A DNA stretch of 64,000 bases from an uncultured Granulicella sp. (GTDB lineage: Bacteria > Acidobacteriota > Terriglobia > Terriglobales > Acidobacteriaceae), in the NCBI GenBank assembly GCA_965214195.1, contig OZ243943.1, forward strand, positions 1,271,776 through 1,335,775, written 5' to 3'. Each line of letters opens with the position of its first letter. Position 1 is the stretch's first letter. This document shows, one piece after another, positions 46,547-56,451 of this stretch. The notes below the pieces were generated by a model that saw only the letters and a program-made list of their open reading frames with translations, was not told the DNA's origin and ran no database searches. A program made the position numbers and the translations under genes.

Positions 46547-47638
46547 TTGCGCCCCTTCGCTATCACTCTTATGCTCGCGCTTCCCTTACCGCTGCTCGCA
46601 CAGACGCCGCTCAAGCTCAATCAGATCCAGGTCATCGGCACGCATAACAGCTACCACGCAGGCATCGCGCCGAGTGAATCAAAGGTCTGGCAAGCCAAGT
46701 ACGCTGACGCCTACAAGGGTCTCGATTACCAGCACCCGCCACTGCCCGTGCAGCTTGACGGCGGCGTCCGCCAGATCGAGCTCGACGTCTACGCTGACAC
46801 CGCCGGCGGTCGCTTTGCGCACCCTTCCGGCCCCGCCATGGCCGCCGCCGCAGGCCTGCCGCCGGACGCCTCCTTCGACCCCGAAGGCGCGATGCTCAAA
46901 CCCGGCTTCAAGGTCATGCACGTGCAGGACGTCGACTACCGCAGCAACTGCCAGCCCTTCGTCGCCTGCCTGAAACAGGTTCGCGACTGGTCCGACGCGC
47001 ACCCTAACCATGAGCCCGTCTTCATCCTCGTCGAGACCAAACAGGACTCGCCCAAGGGCCTGAAGCTCACTGACCCAGAGCTCTTCACCTCCGCGACCTT
47101 CGACGCGCTCGACGCCGAGATCCGCTCCGTCTTCGCGCCCGCCCGCATGATCACGCCGGACAACGTCCGCGGCTCGTACGAGACACTCAACGCGGCCATC
47201 CTCGCCGGCAATTGGCCTACGCTTGCCGCCAGCCGCGGCAAGGTCGTCTTCCTGATGGATCAGCGCCCCGTCGGCCCCGTCTACCTGCAGGGCCACCCCA
47301 GCCTGCGCGGTCGCGTCATCTTCACCAACGCCGAGCCCGGCCAGCCCGACGCCGCCTTCCTCGAGCGCAACAGCGGCCCCGCAGAAGAGATCACCAGACT
47401 CGTCCGGCTAGGCTATCTCATCCGCGCCCGCACCGACTCCGACACCAGGGAAGCCCGCACCAACGACACCACCCTGCGCGACTCCTTCATGGCCGCCGGC
47501 GCACAGATCCTAAGCACCGACTACCCCCACAACGAACCCGCTCGCTGGGAAGGCCACTTCAACGTCTCGCTCCCAAACAACGCCGTCCTGCGCTGCGACC
47601 CCGTCAACACCCCACCCGGCTGCGACACCACTCATTGA
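46547..47638 (+). CDS. Secreted phosphoinositide phospholipase C-like (PI-PLC-C1) phosphodiesterase
   Basis: IGTHNSYH, QLDGGVRQIELD, VMHVQDVD, HEPVFILVETK, RGKVVF and GAQILSTD; TTG start with GGAG RBS. Confidence 0.85.
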   Translation: MRPFAITLMLALPLPLLAQTPLKLNQIQVIGTHNSYHAGIAPSESKVWQAKYADAYKGLDYQHPPLPVQLDGGVRQIELDVYADTAGGRFAHPSGPAMAAAAGLPPDASFDPEGAMLKPGFKVMHVQDVDYRSNCQPFVACLKQVRDWSDAHPNHEPVFILVETKQDSPKGLKLTDPELFTSATFDALDAEIRSVFAPARMITPDNVRGSYETLNAAILAGNWPTLAASRGKVVFLMDQRPVGPVYLQGHPSLRGRVIFTNAEPGQPDAAFLERNSGPAEEITRLVRLGYLIRARTDSDTREARTNDTTLRDSFMAAGAQILSTDYPHNEPARWEGHFNVSLPNNAVLRCDPVNTPPGCDTTH

Positions 47639-47798
47639 CGTCTCACACACGCGCTTCTGGGATAGGTCGAGGCTTTAGCCTCGACATCCCCGTACCCAAA
47701 ACCACTCCGGAGCTTTAGGTCCCGGGTCAGGGTCTCGTGCAGATCCGCAACATCTAACTTGCCCCTGTCCCGTCTCAGAGAACGACCGCACCAACCCC

Positions 47799-50276
47799 TC
47801 ACTCAACGATCGCAAACTCTTCCCGGATCGAGTCCTGCTCTCGCCTGATGTTGCTCATCAACGCCTTAAAATCAGCTCTGCCATGCAGCAACTTCAGGTA
47901 TGGATCAAACTGAAAATACCGGTGATTTGGTAGACCCATCGCCGCGCATCGTTCCAGCTCGAACATAGCCTTCTCCGGCTTGTTAGCCAGCGCGTAAGCC
48001 GCCGCACAGGAATGCCACGTATGGTGCGTGTGCGTCATGCTGCGCGTACTTTGCGCGGCCTCGTCTGCCAACGCCTCGGCACGCCTTGCTTCACCATCGA
48101 TACCCGCCAGGATCGCCTCCATCGCCACACCAAACGACTCCAGCGGAAACATCTGCCGCGCATTTCTGACGCTCACGCGCGCAGCATCAATGCGCCCGGA
48201 ATACAGCACCGCCACGGGCGACATCAAGTGGTTCAGCACGCCATTGGGATCAATCTCCAGCGCCCGTTCGTAGAGCTCCACGCTCCGTTCGGAGTGTCCA
48301 CTCTGCAGCGCGATCGCCGCTAGATGCATCGCACTCAAAGCCGGACTGGTGACCTTCAACTGCAACGCATCTTTCTCGGATGCAGCGGTAAAGCCCAGGT
48401 GCCACAAAATAGCCGCGCGCTGATGCCGCGCCGTGGCCCGCGTAGGATCGATGCGAAGGGCCGCGTTCAGCGCACGCAGCGCCGCCCGGTTCTGGAACCC
48501 ACGCGAGGGCGACCACAAAATGATGCTGCGCGCACACAGCGCCGTACACTGCACCGGGTCGAGCTCCAGCGTCCGCGCAATCGCACGCTCCGCCATCTCA
48601 AACCACTTTGGATCCGTGTCCAGGTGCGAGCCCATCTGCGTACAGGCCTGCGCCAGAAGACCCCACGCATCCGCAAATCCCGGATCGAGCTCTGTCGCCC
48701 GCGTCAGCATCTCGATCGCAGAAGCCATATCGAACTTCTCAACATGCACCTGCCGGTCCACCGCGCGCAGATAGAACTCGTAAGCGGCGCTGTTGCGCGT
48801 CGGCGGGATCCGCGCTTCTGGCTTCTCACCCTGCGGCGCAAACACCTCAGAGACCGCATCAGACAGTCTGTCCTGCAACGCAAACAAGTCGCTTGAATCC
48901 CCATCCTGCTTGATCGACGCCAGCGTGTGCATATCGCTCATGCGGTGCGCGCAAACCATCACCCGAATCCGGCCACCCGCAATCTGAATCGTGCCTTCCA
49001 CCACCAGGTCGACGTTCAGCTCACGCGCCTGCTTTGTCCAATCCGCCTCTGCCTCCGCATACTTCAGTACGGCGACAATAGGCCGCACCACCATCTCCCC
49101 AGTCGCCGAAAGCCTGTGAATCAGCGACTCCGCCAGCGAGATCGACAGAAACTGATCGGACGCCGCACCCCGGATCTTGAACGGCAGCACTGCCAGTGAT
49201 GGCCTCCGCGCGCGAATAGTCACGCTCGGCGCCGGCTCGCGCGAGTACTCCAGCGACTTCAGCGCGGTCGCCAGTTCCATCGCAGAATCCGGCCGGTCAT
49301 TCCGATTCTTCGCCAGGCAATGCATCACCAGGCGCACCATTTCAGACGGCAGATCAGGCCGCAGCACGCCCAGCAACTCGGGCTCGGCTGTGTTGATCTC
49401 GTGGATCAACGCGTAGTCGCTTTGCTGCAAAAAGGGTCCGCGCCCGGCTGCCGCCTCGTACATCACGCAGCCGAAAGAAAATATATCCGACCGGAAATCC
49501 AGCACCTCTCCACGCGTCTGCTCGGGCGACATATACGCCACCGTCCCAATGATATTTCCCGCGCCCGTCAGATGCGGGTCGTCCGAGCGCTCCTTCCCCT
49601 TGGCCACTCCAAAGTCCAGCACCTTTGCCTGCTGCTCCCGCGTAATCATGATGTTGGCCGGCTTGATATCGCGATGCACGATCCCCGCCGCATGCGCCGC
49701 ACCCAACGCCAGCGCTACCTGCGACCCTACCGAAACCAGCTCTTCAAACTTCATCCCCTCTTCCGGAATCAAGTCCCAAAGCGTCTGCCCTTCCACATAC
49801 TCCATCACCAGAAAATCAATTTCGTCATGCTTGGCAATGTCATACAGCGCCACAATATTCGGGTGATTCAACGACGAAGCCAGCCTTGCCTCATTCAAAA
49901 ATCGAAGCGCCGCAGGCCCGTCCGTCGTCTGCCCCGGCGGCAAAACTTTAATCGCAACCGTCCGGTTCAGCTTCGTATCGTGCGCGCGAAAGACCTCACC
50001 CATCCCTCCCGCGCCAATCGCTTTTTCAATTACGTAACGGCCCAGTTGCGACACGGTACCCGGCCGATCCTGCTCATAGCGCGGCTCTTCCGGTGCCGGC
50101 ATTGGCGGCTCCCCAAAGCTGCCCATCTGCGCGTAGTCCGCCAGCAGCGCCTCTACTTCAGCGCGCAGTTGCGGCTGGTGCGGCGCGACCTTACGCAGGT
50201 ACGCAGACCGCTCTGCCGTGCCCAGGTCCAGCACCTCGCCAAACAACTCTTCCGCGGAAGGTTCGTACTCGGCCAT
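47799..50276 (-). CDS. Cytoplasmic Ser/Thr protein kinase with TolB-N-like and TPR domains
   Basis: IGAGGMGEVF, VAIKVL, HRDIKPAN, DFG, YMSPEQ; then SLAVLPF and TPR-like helices; no clear TM. Confidence 0.93.
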   Translation of the reverse strand: MAEYEPSAEELFGEVLDLGTAERSAYLRKVAPHQPQLRAEVEALLADYAQMGSFGEPPMPAPEEPRYEQDRPGTVSQLGRYVIEKAIGAGGMGEVFRAHDTKLNRTVAIKVLPPGQTTDGPAALRFLNEARLASSLNHPNIVALYDIAKHDEIDFLVMEYVEGQTLWDLIPEEGMKFEELVSVGSQVALALGAAHAAGIVHRDIKPANIMITREQQAKVLDFGVAKGKERSDDPHLTGAGNIIGTVAYMSPEQTRGEVLDFRSDIFSFGCVMYEAAAGRGPFLQQSDYALIHEINTAEPELLGVLRPDLPSEMVRLVMHCLAKNRNDRPDSAMELATALKSLEYSREPAPSVTIRARRPSLAVLPFKIRGAASDQFLSISLAESLIHRLSATGEMVVRPIVAVLKYAEAEADWTKQARELNVDLVVEGTIQIAGGRIRVMVCAHRMSDMHTLASIKQDGDSSDLFALQDRLSDAVSEVFAPQGEKPEARIPPTRNSAAYEFYLRAVDRQVHVEKFDMASAIEMLTRATELDPGFADAWGLLAQACTQMGSHLDTDPKWFEMAERAIARTLELDPVQCTALCARSIILWSPSRGFQNRAALRALNAALRIDPTRATARHQRAAILWHLGFTAASEKDALQLKVTSPALSAMHLAAIALQSGHSERSVELYERALEIDPNGVLNHLMSPVAVLYSGRIDAARVSVRNARQMFPLESFGVAMEAILAGIDGEARRAEALADEAAQSTRSMTHTHHTWHSCAAAYALANKPEKAMFELERCAAMGLPNHRYFQFDPYLKLLHGRADFKALMSNIRREQDSIREEFAIVE

Positions 50277-50347
50277 ACCGGACTCCACCCAGCGGAGGAA
50301 GCCACCGGGATACTATCTTAGCGTACAGCGAAAGGCGACTGATCCAA

Positions 50348-50944
50348 ATGGAAAAGACCCCACAACAAGTCACGCAGCTGCTCAAAGCCATGGTCAGCGG
50401 CGACGAAACCGCCGGCGCCGACCTCCTCCCGCTCGTCTACGCAGAGCTCCACCGCCTGGCCCGTTCCTACATGCGCCGCGAGCGCCCCGACCACACCCTC
50501 CAGGCCACCGCCCTTATCAACGAGGCCTACATGCGCCTCGCCCACGCCGAAGTGGACTGGAACTCGCGCGAGCACTTCATCGGCGTCGCCGCCAACGTCA
50601 TGCGGCGCGTCCTCGTCGATTACGCCCGCGCCCACAAAGCCGAGCAGCGTGGCGGCGACATGCAACGCGTGGAATTCGAGAACGATCTCGCCGTCTCGGA
50701 AGACAAGCTCGCAGAGGTCGCCATGATCGATCAGGCCCTGCTCAAGCTTGAAAAAGAAAACCCCCGCCAGGCTAAAGTCGTCGAGCTCCGCTACTTCGGC
50801 GGGCTCTCCGTAGACCAGATCGCCTCGCTCCTCGGTGTCGCCCCACGCTCCGTCAAGCGCGATTGGGCACTCGCCCGCGTTTGGCTATTCCGCCTGCTCA
50901 AGCCCGGCGAACTCATGCCAAAAGAAGTCGCAGAAAAAGATTGA
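50348..50944 (+). CDS. ECF RNA polymerase sigma factor (TIGR02999-like, kinase-associated)
   Basis: VTQLL, LLPLVYAELHRLA, HTLQATALINEAYMRL, VVELRYFGGLS and RDWALARVWL. Confidence 0.92.
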   Translation: MEKTPQQVTQLLKAMVSGDETAGADLLPLVYAELHRLARSYMRRERPDHTLQATALINEAYMRLAHAEVDWNSREHFIGVAANVMRRVLVDYARAHKAEQRGGDMQRVEFENDLAVSEDKLAEVAMIDQALLKLEKENPRQAKVVELRYFGGLSVDQIASLLGVAPRSVKRDWALARVWLFRLLKPGELMPKEVAEKD

Positions 50945-51031
50945 CCTACGGTGGCCCCTTTTCTGCGCCCATCCCGCCTTACTAAGTGTAGGCAGTCAGT
51001 AAGCTGCCACAACTTATAAGGAGATACCACC

Positions 51032-51490
51032 ATGATCACTCGCTCGCTCAAACTCGCCGCCTCCGCCTTCGCCGCCCTCCTCACCCTCGCTGCCGGCATC
51101 CCCGCCGCCCACGCCCAGGGCGTGCGCTCGGACATTTCCAAAATCAACGTTCCCTTCTCCTTTGAAGTCGGCTCCGCGCATTTCGCTCCGGGCACTTACA
51201 CCATCAGCCGTAGGAGCTTCATCCTCACCGTGGAAGGCGAAAAGAACAGCGCGCTGCTCATGGTGCTCAGCGAGCAGAACCACAACGTGCCCGAAAAAGG
51301 CAAAGCCGTCTTCCAGCACATCGGCGACAAGTTCTTCCTCACCCAGGTGTGGAACGCCGGTAACGCAGACCACCTCGAGTGCCCCAGGACCCCGGAAATG
51401 AAGCGCGCCCAGCGCATCCAGCAAGCCGCCCTGCGCACCGAGCCCACGGCCACCAAGCCGGAAAGCGTCATCCTCGCACTCCTGCGCTAA
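51032..51490 (+). CDS. Secreted hypothetical protein (small beta-rich family)
   Basis: AAGGAG RBS, signal peptide AHA|, NVPFSFEVG..PGTYTI and YFL-like FFLTQVW. Confidence 0.75.
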   Translation: MITRSLKLAASAFAALLTLAAGIPAAHAQGVRSDISKINVPFSFEVGSAHFAPGTYTISRRSFILTVEGEKNSALLMVLSEQNHNVPEKGKAVFQHIGDKFFLTQVWNAGNADHLECPRTPEMKRAQRIQQAALRTEPTATKPESVILALLR

Positions 51491-51519
51491 TGAGCCGCAG
51501 TCCTCACCAACAACAACAC

Positions 51520-51587
51520 TGTCATCCCGGGCGAAGCGGCTTACGCACTTTGCAAGCCGCACATTCGAAGGACTTGCATCTCCCCCC
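51520..51587. repeat. REP-like element (second copy at 55621-55685)
   Basis: tgtcatc..gcgaag-[inner hairpin]-gaaggac.t.catctccccc in both copies. Confidence 0.75.
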
Positions 51588-51653
51588 AGCGCTGCACTTC
51601 GATCAAAGGAGACCACAACCGCCAGCAAGTCTGATCGAGCGATCAACAAGAAT

Positions 51654-51682
51654 GGGGTGCCCAAATAAAGGGCACCCCTTTC
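51654..51682. terminator. Hairpin/terminator between convergent genes
   Basis: GGGGTGCCC-AAATAAA-GGGCACCCC-TTT. Confidence 0.7.
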
Positions 51683-51744
51683 TGTTCGTATCGCCTGTTT
51701 TAGTTGTCATCCCCGAAGAGCATCTGCAGCTCGCCTTGCAGCCC

Positions 51745-52893
51745 TTACAAATCCCGCAACAACTCCCGAGCGATCACAATCCGCTGTATTTCGCTCGTTC
51801 CCTCGCCAATCGTGCAAAGCTTCACATCGCGATAAAACTTTTCAGCCGGGTAGTCCTTGATGAACCCATACCCCCCATGAATCTGCACTCCCTCATCGCA
51901 AATCCTGCAAGCTACTTCGCTCGCATACAGCTTCGCCATCGCAGATTCACGAGTCACCTTCATCCCCGCATCCTTCATCTGCGCCGCACGCATCGTCAAC
52001 AACCACGCCGCGTCGAGCTCGGTAGCCATCGTAGCCAGCTTGAACTGAATCGCCTGAAACTCACTGATAGCCTTGCCAAATTGCCGACGCTCCGTCGCAT
52101 ACTTCATCGCCGCATCCAGCGCACCTCGTGCGATCCCAAGCGACAGCGCGGCAATCGAAATCCGCCCGCCATCCAGGATCTTCATCGAGTCCTTGAACCC
52201 GTCACCCTCCACGCCCAGCAGGTTCTCTGCCGGCACATAGCAATCCTCAAAGATCAGCTCGGCAGTATCGCTGGCCCGCAGCCCCAGCTTGTTTTCCTTC
52301 TTGCCGCTCTTGAACCCAGGCGTCCCGCGCTCAATGATGAACGCCGAAATCCCCCCACGTGTCCCCTTCTCTTTATCCGTATTCGCCAGCACCACCGCGC
52401 ACTGCGCATAGCTGCCGTTGGTGATGAAGATCTTGCCACCGTTGATCACCCAGCCATCGCCTTTGCGCACAGCCGTCGTCCGCATACCACCGGCGTCAGA
52501 CCCGGAGCCCGGCTCCGTCAAACCCCAGGCGCCCAGCCACTCGCCGCTCGCCAGCTTGGTCACATACTTCTCACGCTGCGCATCATTGCCCGCCAGCATA
52601 ATGTGGTTCGTGCACAAAGAGTTATGCGACGCCACAATGATCCCCACGCTGCCGTCCACACGCGAGAGCTCCTCCACAGCGGTCACATACTCCACATACC
52701 CCATGCCCGCGCCGCCCAGCTTTTCCGGAAAGATGATTCCCATCAACCCCATCTCGCCCATCTGCTTCACGACATCGTGCGGAAACGTGCCCGCCTCATC
52801 CCACTCTGAAACATGGGGCGCAATCTCAGTCTTCGCAAACTCCCGCACCGCAACCCGCAACGCTTCCTGCTCTTCATTCAGCCCAAATCGCAT
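51745..52893 (-). CDS. Acyl-CoA dehydrogenase
   Basis: [54 protein letters not shown] and [10 protein letters not shown]. Confidence 0.95.
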   Translation of the reverse strand: MRFGLNEEQEALRVAVREFAKTEIAPHVSEWDEAGTFPHDVVKQMGEMGLMGIIFPEKLGGAGMGYVEYVTAVEELSRVDGSVGIIVASHNSLCTNHIMLAGNDAQREKYVTKLASGEWLGAWGLTEPGSGSDAGGMRTTAVRKGDGWVINGGKIFITNGSYAQCAVVLANTDKEKGTRGGISAFIIERGTPGFKSGKKENKLGLRASDTAELIFEDCYVPAENLLGVEGDGFKDSMKILDGGRISIAALSLGIARGALDAAMKYATERRQFGKAISEFQAIQFKLATMATELDAAWLLTMRAAQMKDAGMKVTRESAMAKLYASEVACRICDEGVQIHGGYGFIKDYPAEKFYRDVKLCTIGEGTSEIQRIVIARELLRDL

Positions 52894-53084
52894 TTCCAAA
52901 TCTCCTATAAGCAAAACCAATAGCCCCATCACAATAACGAATACAAACAATTCTTTGCAAGTTACCTCCAGACCCGCGTTCTACGTCATGAAGCCGGCTG
53001 CAGAAGCCGCCAGCAATTTGTCTGTTTCTCCAAAATTTTGGTTGTCACCCCCAGGAAGTTTGGTCGTCATCTCCAAAAGTTTGT

Positions 53085-53116
53085 TTGTCATCCCCGGAGG
53101 GGATCTGCTTTTCGCC
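53085..53116. repeat. REP-like element TTGTCATCCCCGGAGGGGATCTGCTTTTCGCC (related copies at about 7757, 51703, 61820 inverted, 61866)
   Basis: Near-identical copy at 61866-61898 and an inverted copy at 61820-61848. Confidence 0.8.
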
Positions 53117-53140
53117 CTTAGCCCGACCAGCCCCGACCCT

Positions 53141-53184
53141 GGGTACCCCATTCATCGCAGTCCCACCGCAATGAGTGGGATCAC
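53141..53184. repeat. REP-like element, intergenic copy of the rlmN insert
   Basis: gggtaccccattcatcgcagtcccaccgcaatgagtgggatcac. Confidence 0.8.
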
Positions 53185-53380
53185 AACCCTCCACCCCACC
53201 ACCACACCAAGGGCTGTAAGCCCGACTTATACCAGCCTGGGTCGAAGCCCTGGGTCCACCAGCAAACACAAACCAAAGCGCTGAAAGCGCGACTTATAAC
53301 TCTCCACTCAGAAAACAATTCCAACCCCCCGGGAACATTCCACCCCAAACGTCGGTCTAATCCCCACAGGAGCCCCACCC

Positions 53381-55591
53381 ATGCGCGTCCGCCACCTAGC
53401 CCCCCTGCTCCTCCTCGCAAGCCTGCAAGCCCAAAATCACAAACCCCACCCCGCCACCCAAATCCAGCCAACATCGTCCCTCCCCATCACCCGCGTAGCC
53501 CTCTACAAAAACGGCGTCGGCTTCTTCGAGCACACCGGCCACGTAGCCAACGACCAGGCCGTCACCATCGACTTCACCAGCGCGCAGCTCAACGACGTCC
53601 TCCAATCCCTCACCGCCATCGACCTCAACGGCGGCCGCATCTCCGGCGCCGGCTACAACTCCACCACGCCGCTTGAGCAGCAACTCAAAACCCTCCCCCT
53701 CGGCCTCTCCGACGACCCCTCCGACATCGACTTCTACAACGCCATCCGCGGCGCACGCGTAGCCGTCTCGGGTGCCGGCGTCAGCATCACCGGCCGCCTG
53801 CTCTCCATCGACCTCCGCCCCGAAGTAAAAAAATCCGACGCAGACGACTCGGACGCCCTCACCAAATCAGCCCGCCGCTTCCTCACCGTAGTCTCCGATG
53901 GCGGCCAGGTCCGCACCATCGAGCTCACCCAGGGCGTCTCCGTCACCCTCGTCGACACTGCCCTCCACACCGACGTCACCCGCTACCTCGAGCTCATCTC
54001 AAACGCCCGCAACCAGGGCCTCCGCCACCTCACCCTCACCGACCGCGGCACCGGTCCCCGCGAACTCCGCGTCAGCTACATCTCAGAAGTCCCCGTCTGG
54101 AAGTCCACCTACCGCATCCTCTTCACAGACAGCAAAGCAGCCAACGCCACCCTGCAGGGCTGGTCCGTCGTCGACAACACCACCGGCTCCGACTGGATCA
54201 ACGTCCACATGGACCTCATCGCCGGCGCCCCGCAAAGCTTCATCCAGCCCCTCTCCACCCCCTATTACACCCGCCGCGTAGAAGTCCCGCTCCCCCAGGA
54301 AGCCCAGATGGATCCCCAAACCTTTGAGTCCGGCGTTGTGATTGACTCAGAGGAGGTCAGCAAACTGCCGATCGAAAGCCGCAATGTACAGCTTGCCCAG
54401 ATTCAGCCAAGCGTCGCCGCCAAAGCTCGTTCCAACGCGGTTCATGGCTTGGCAGGTGGCGTCGCAGGCGGTGTAATCGGCGGCCGCGTCAAAGCATACG
54501 CCCCAGGCGAAGCGCTGGGAGGCGCAATCAACATCAACGGCATGGTACCCCCACCCCCTGCCCCCATCGACTACGCCGACGCCGCCACCACCTCCCTCAC
54601 CCCCCAAACCACCACCGCCGCCTTCGACGATTACTTCCAGTACTCCCTCACCGACCCCATCACCATCCGCAAAAATGAGTCCGCCCTCGTCCCCATCCTC
54701 CAGACCAGGCTCCCCATCGAGCGCGTCACGTTGTGGTCCATCCAGCAGCCGCAAGCCCTGCGAGCCCTCTGGCTCACCAACAACTCCAACCTAACCCTCG
54801 ACCGAGGCTCCTTCTCCATCGTAGAAAACGGCAACTTCGGCGGCGAAGGCCTCCTCGACCCCATCCACCCGGGCGAGCGCCGCCTCCTCTCCTACGCCGC
54901 CGACCAGGCCGTCCGCGTAACCCCCGGCCGCGACTCCAACTCCCACACTGTCTTCCACATCGCCATCAACAAAGGCGTCCTCACCCAGCGCCTCACCTAC
55001 GTTGAGGAGCGCAGCTACACCATCCGCAACGCCGCACCCGACACCCGCACCGTCCTCGTCGAGACCCCCGTCCTCCCCGGCTACGCGCTCGATTCAACCC
55101 CCAAACCCGACGAAACCACCCCCACCGTCTACCGCTTCAAGGTGGAAGCCGCCCCAAACATCAACGTCAACTTGCACGTAGGCCAGCGCAAGGTAGGCTA
55201 TGAATCCTTCCGCCTCGTCGACCGCGACGAAAACCAGCTAGTCCTCATCCTGCGCAACGCCAAGGCCAGCCCCGCCGCCATGGCCCAGCTCCAACCCGTC
55301 TTCGACGCCCACCACGCCGTCCTGGCTTTGGACAAGCAAATCGCCGACCGCCAGGCCGAAACCAACACCATCACCCAGGACCAGAACCGCCTGCGCGAAA
55401 ACATGAAGGCCCTCAAAGGCTCGCCAGAAGAGCGCACCCTCCTGACCCGCTACACCGCTGAACTAAACACCCAGGAAGACCGCCTGGCAGCCCTCACCAA
55501 AGAAATCGCAGACCTCCGCCTGAAACGCATAGCCGCCGACCAGGACTTCACCACCAAACTGAACGCCATCCAGATCGACGAAAACACCTAG
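53381..55591 (+). CDS. DUF4139/DUF4140-type exported protein
   Basis: Signal peptide, LPITRVALYKNGVGFFEH, YISEVPVWKSTYRI, VDNTTGSDW, F.Y.L..PITI and C-terminal coiled coil. Confidence 0.85.
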   Translation: MRVRHLAPLLLLASLQAQNHKPHPATQIQPTSSLPITRVALYKNGVGFFEHTGHVANDQAVTIDFTSAQLNDVLQSLTAIDLNGGRISGAGYNSTTPLEQQLKTLPLGLSDDPSDIDFYNAIRGARVAVSGAGVSITGRLLSIDLRPEVKKSDADDSDALTKSARRFLTVVSDGGQVRTIELTQGVSVTLVDTALHTDVTRYLELISNARNQGLRHLTLTDRGTGPRELRVSYISEVPVWKSTYRILFTDSKAANATLQGWSVVDNTTGSDWINVHMDLIAGAPQSFIQPLSTPYYTRRVEVPLPQEAQMDPQTFESGVVIDSEEVSKLPIESRNVQLAQIQPSVAAKARSNAVHGLAGGVAGGVIGGRVKAYAPGEALGGAININGMVPPPPAPIDYADAATTSLTPQTTTAAFDDYFQYSLTDPITIRKNESALVPILQTRLPIERVTLWSIQQPQALRALWLTNNSNLTLDRGSFSIVENGNFGGEGLLDPIHPGERRLLSYAADQAVRVTPGRDSNSHTVFHIAINKGVLTQRLTYVEERSYTIRNAAPDTRTVLVETPVLPGYALDSTPKPDETTPTVYRFKVEAAPNINVNLHVGQRKVGYESFRLVDRDENQLVLILRNAKASPAAMAQLQPVFDAHHAVLALDKQIADRQAETNTITQDQNRLRENMKALKGSPEERTLLTRYTAELNTQEDRLAALTKEIADLRLKRIAADQDFTTKLNAIQIDENT

Positions 55592-55803
55592 CCCCTATCC
55601 CACTTACTCGGAACAAATGTTGTCATCATGCGCGAAGTCCACCGGCACTATCGGCGGACGCAGTTGAAGGACCTACATCTCCCCCGTTCAGCCACCAATC
55701 TCATCAGCCATGCCCCCGGGTGCCCCATCCTTTCAGCCTCACCGATAGGGTGGGTTATCGATTCCAGCAGGAATCGACCGCCCTCCTCCCCCAGCCCCTA
55801 ACC

Positions 55804-55839
55804 CCGGGTGCTTCAGGTCTCGCTTCTGAGACCTGGGTT
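55804..55839. repeat. REP-like hairpin, intergenic relative of the DUF1015 insert
   Basis: ccgggtgcttcaggtctcgcttctgagacctgggtt, with stem CAGGTCTC/GAGACCTG. Confidence 0.75.
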
Positions 55840-55878
55840 CCAACCCGCCACCCCGTGCTACCCTTATCCACAAATCCC

Positions 55879-56301
55879 ATGCTCCCACTCCTCGCACTCC
55901 TTCTCGCGCAAGAGTCCGGCCCCGCAGAAATCATCGTCGACGAGCGCTGCCGCGTCTACACCCAGGACCGCCCCGGCCCCAACGCCGCCTACTCCAAACC
56001 CGGCTTTCACGATGGCTCCGGCCTCTGCCACATCAAGAGCGACAACCACTCCAGCCACTGGGAAGAGTCCGTCTCAAACGGCATCGTCAACCGCACCAAG
56101 GTCCAGATCCACGAGCGCAACTACCTCCTCTTCAACCCATCCGACGCCCGCGTAGCCTTCGTCCTCGAGGTCTCCCTCCCCGATGGCTGGGTCATCGACT
56201 CCATACCCCAGCCCACCGAAGTCGTTGACCACATGGCCACCTTCCGCGTCTACGCCAAACCCGGCGAAACCCTCAAGCTCCACATAGGCGAACGCAAGTA
56301 G
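55879..56301 (+). CDS. Exported hypothetical protein resembling the C-terminal beta domain of the upstream DUF4139 protein
   Basis: Short signal MLPLLALLLAQ; ERNY...GWVIDSIPQP.E....FRV.A.P......LHIGERK aligns with the upstream gene. Confidence 0.65.
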   Translation: MLPLLALLLAQESGPAEIIVDERCRVYTQDRPGPNAAYSKPGFHDGSGLCHIKSDNHSSHWEESVSNGIVNRTKVQIHERNYLLFNPSDARVAFVLEVSLPDGWVIDSIPQPTEVVDHMATFRVYAKPGETLKLHIGERK

Positions 56302-56451
56302 CCCAGCCCGCCTCCCGGACTTGCCTAAGCATTTTTGTTGTCGTTTCGTAGCGCAGCGAAGAAACCCTATGGTCTCAAACCCAGCCGCAACCGCAGATGC
56401 CACATCCATCGCGCCTTTTGCGATGAGCGGGACGTAAAACGTCGAGCCCTA

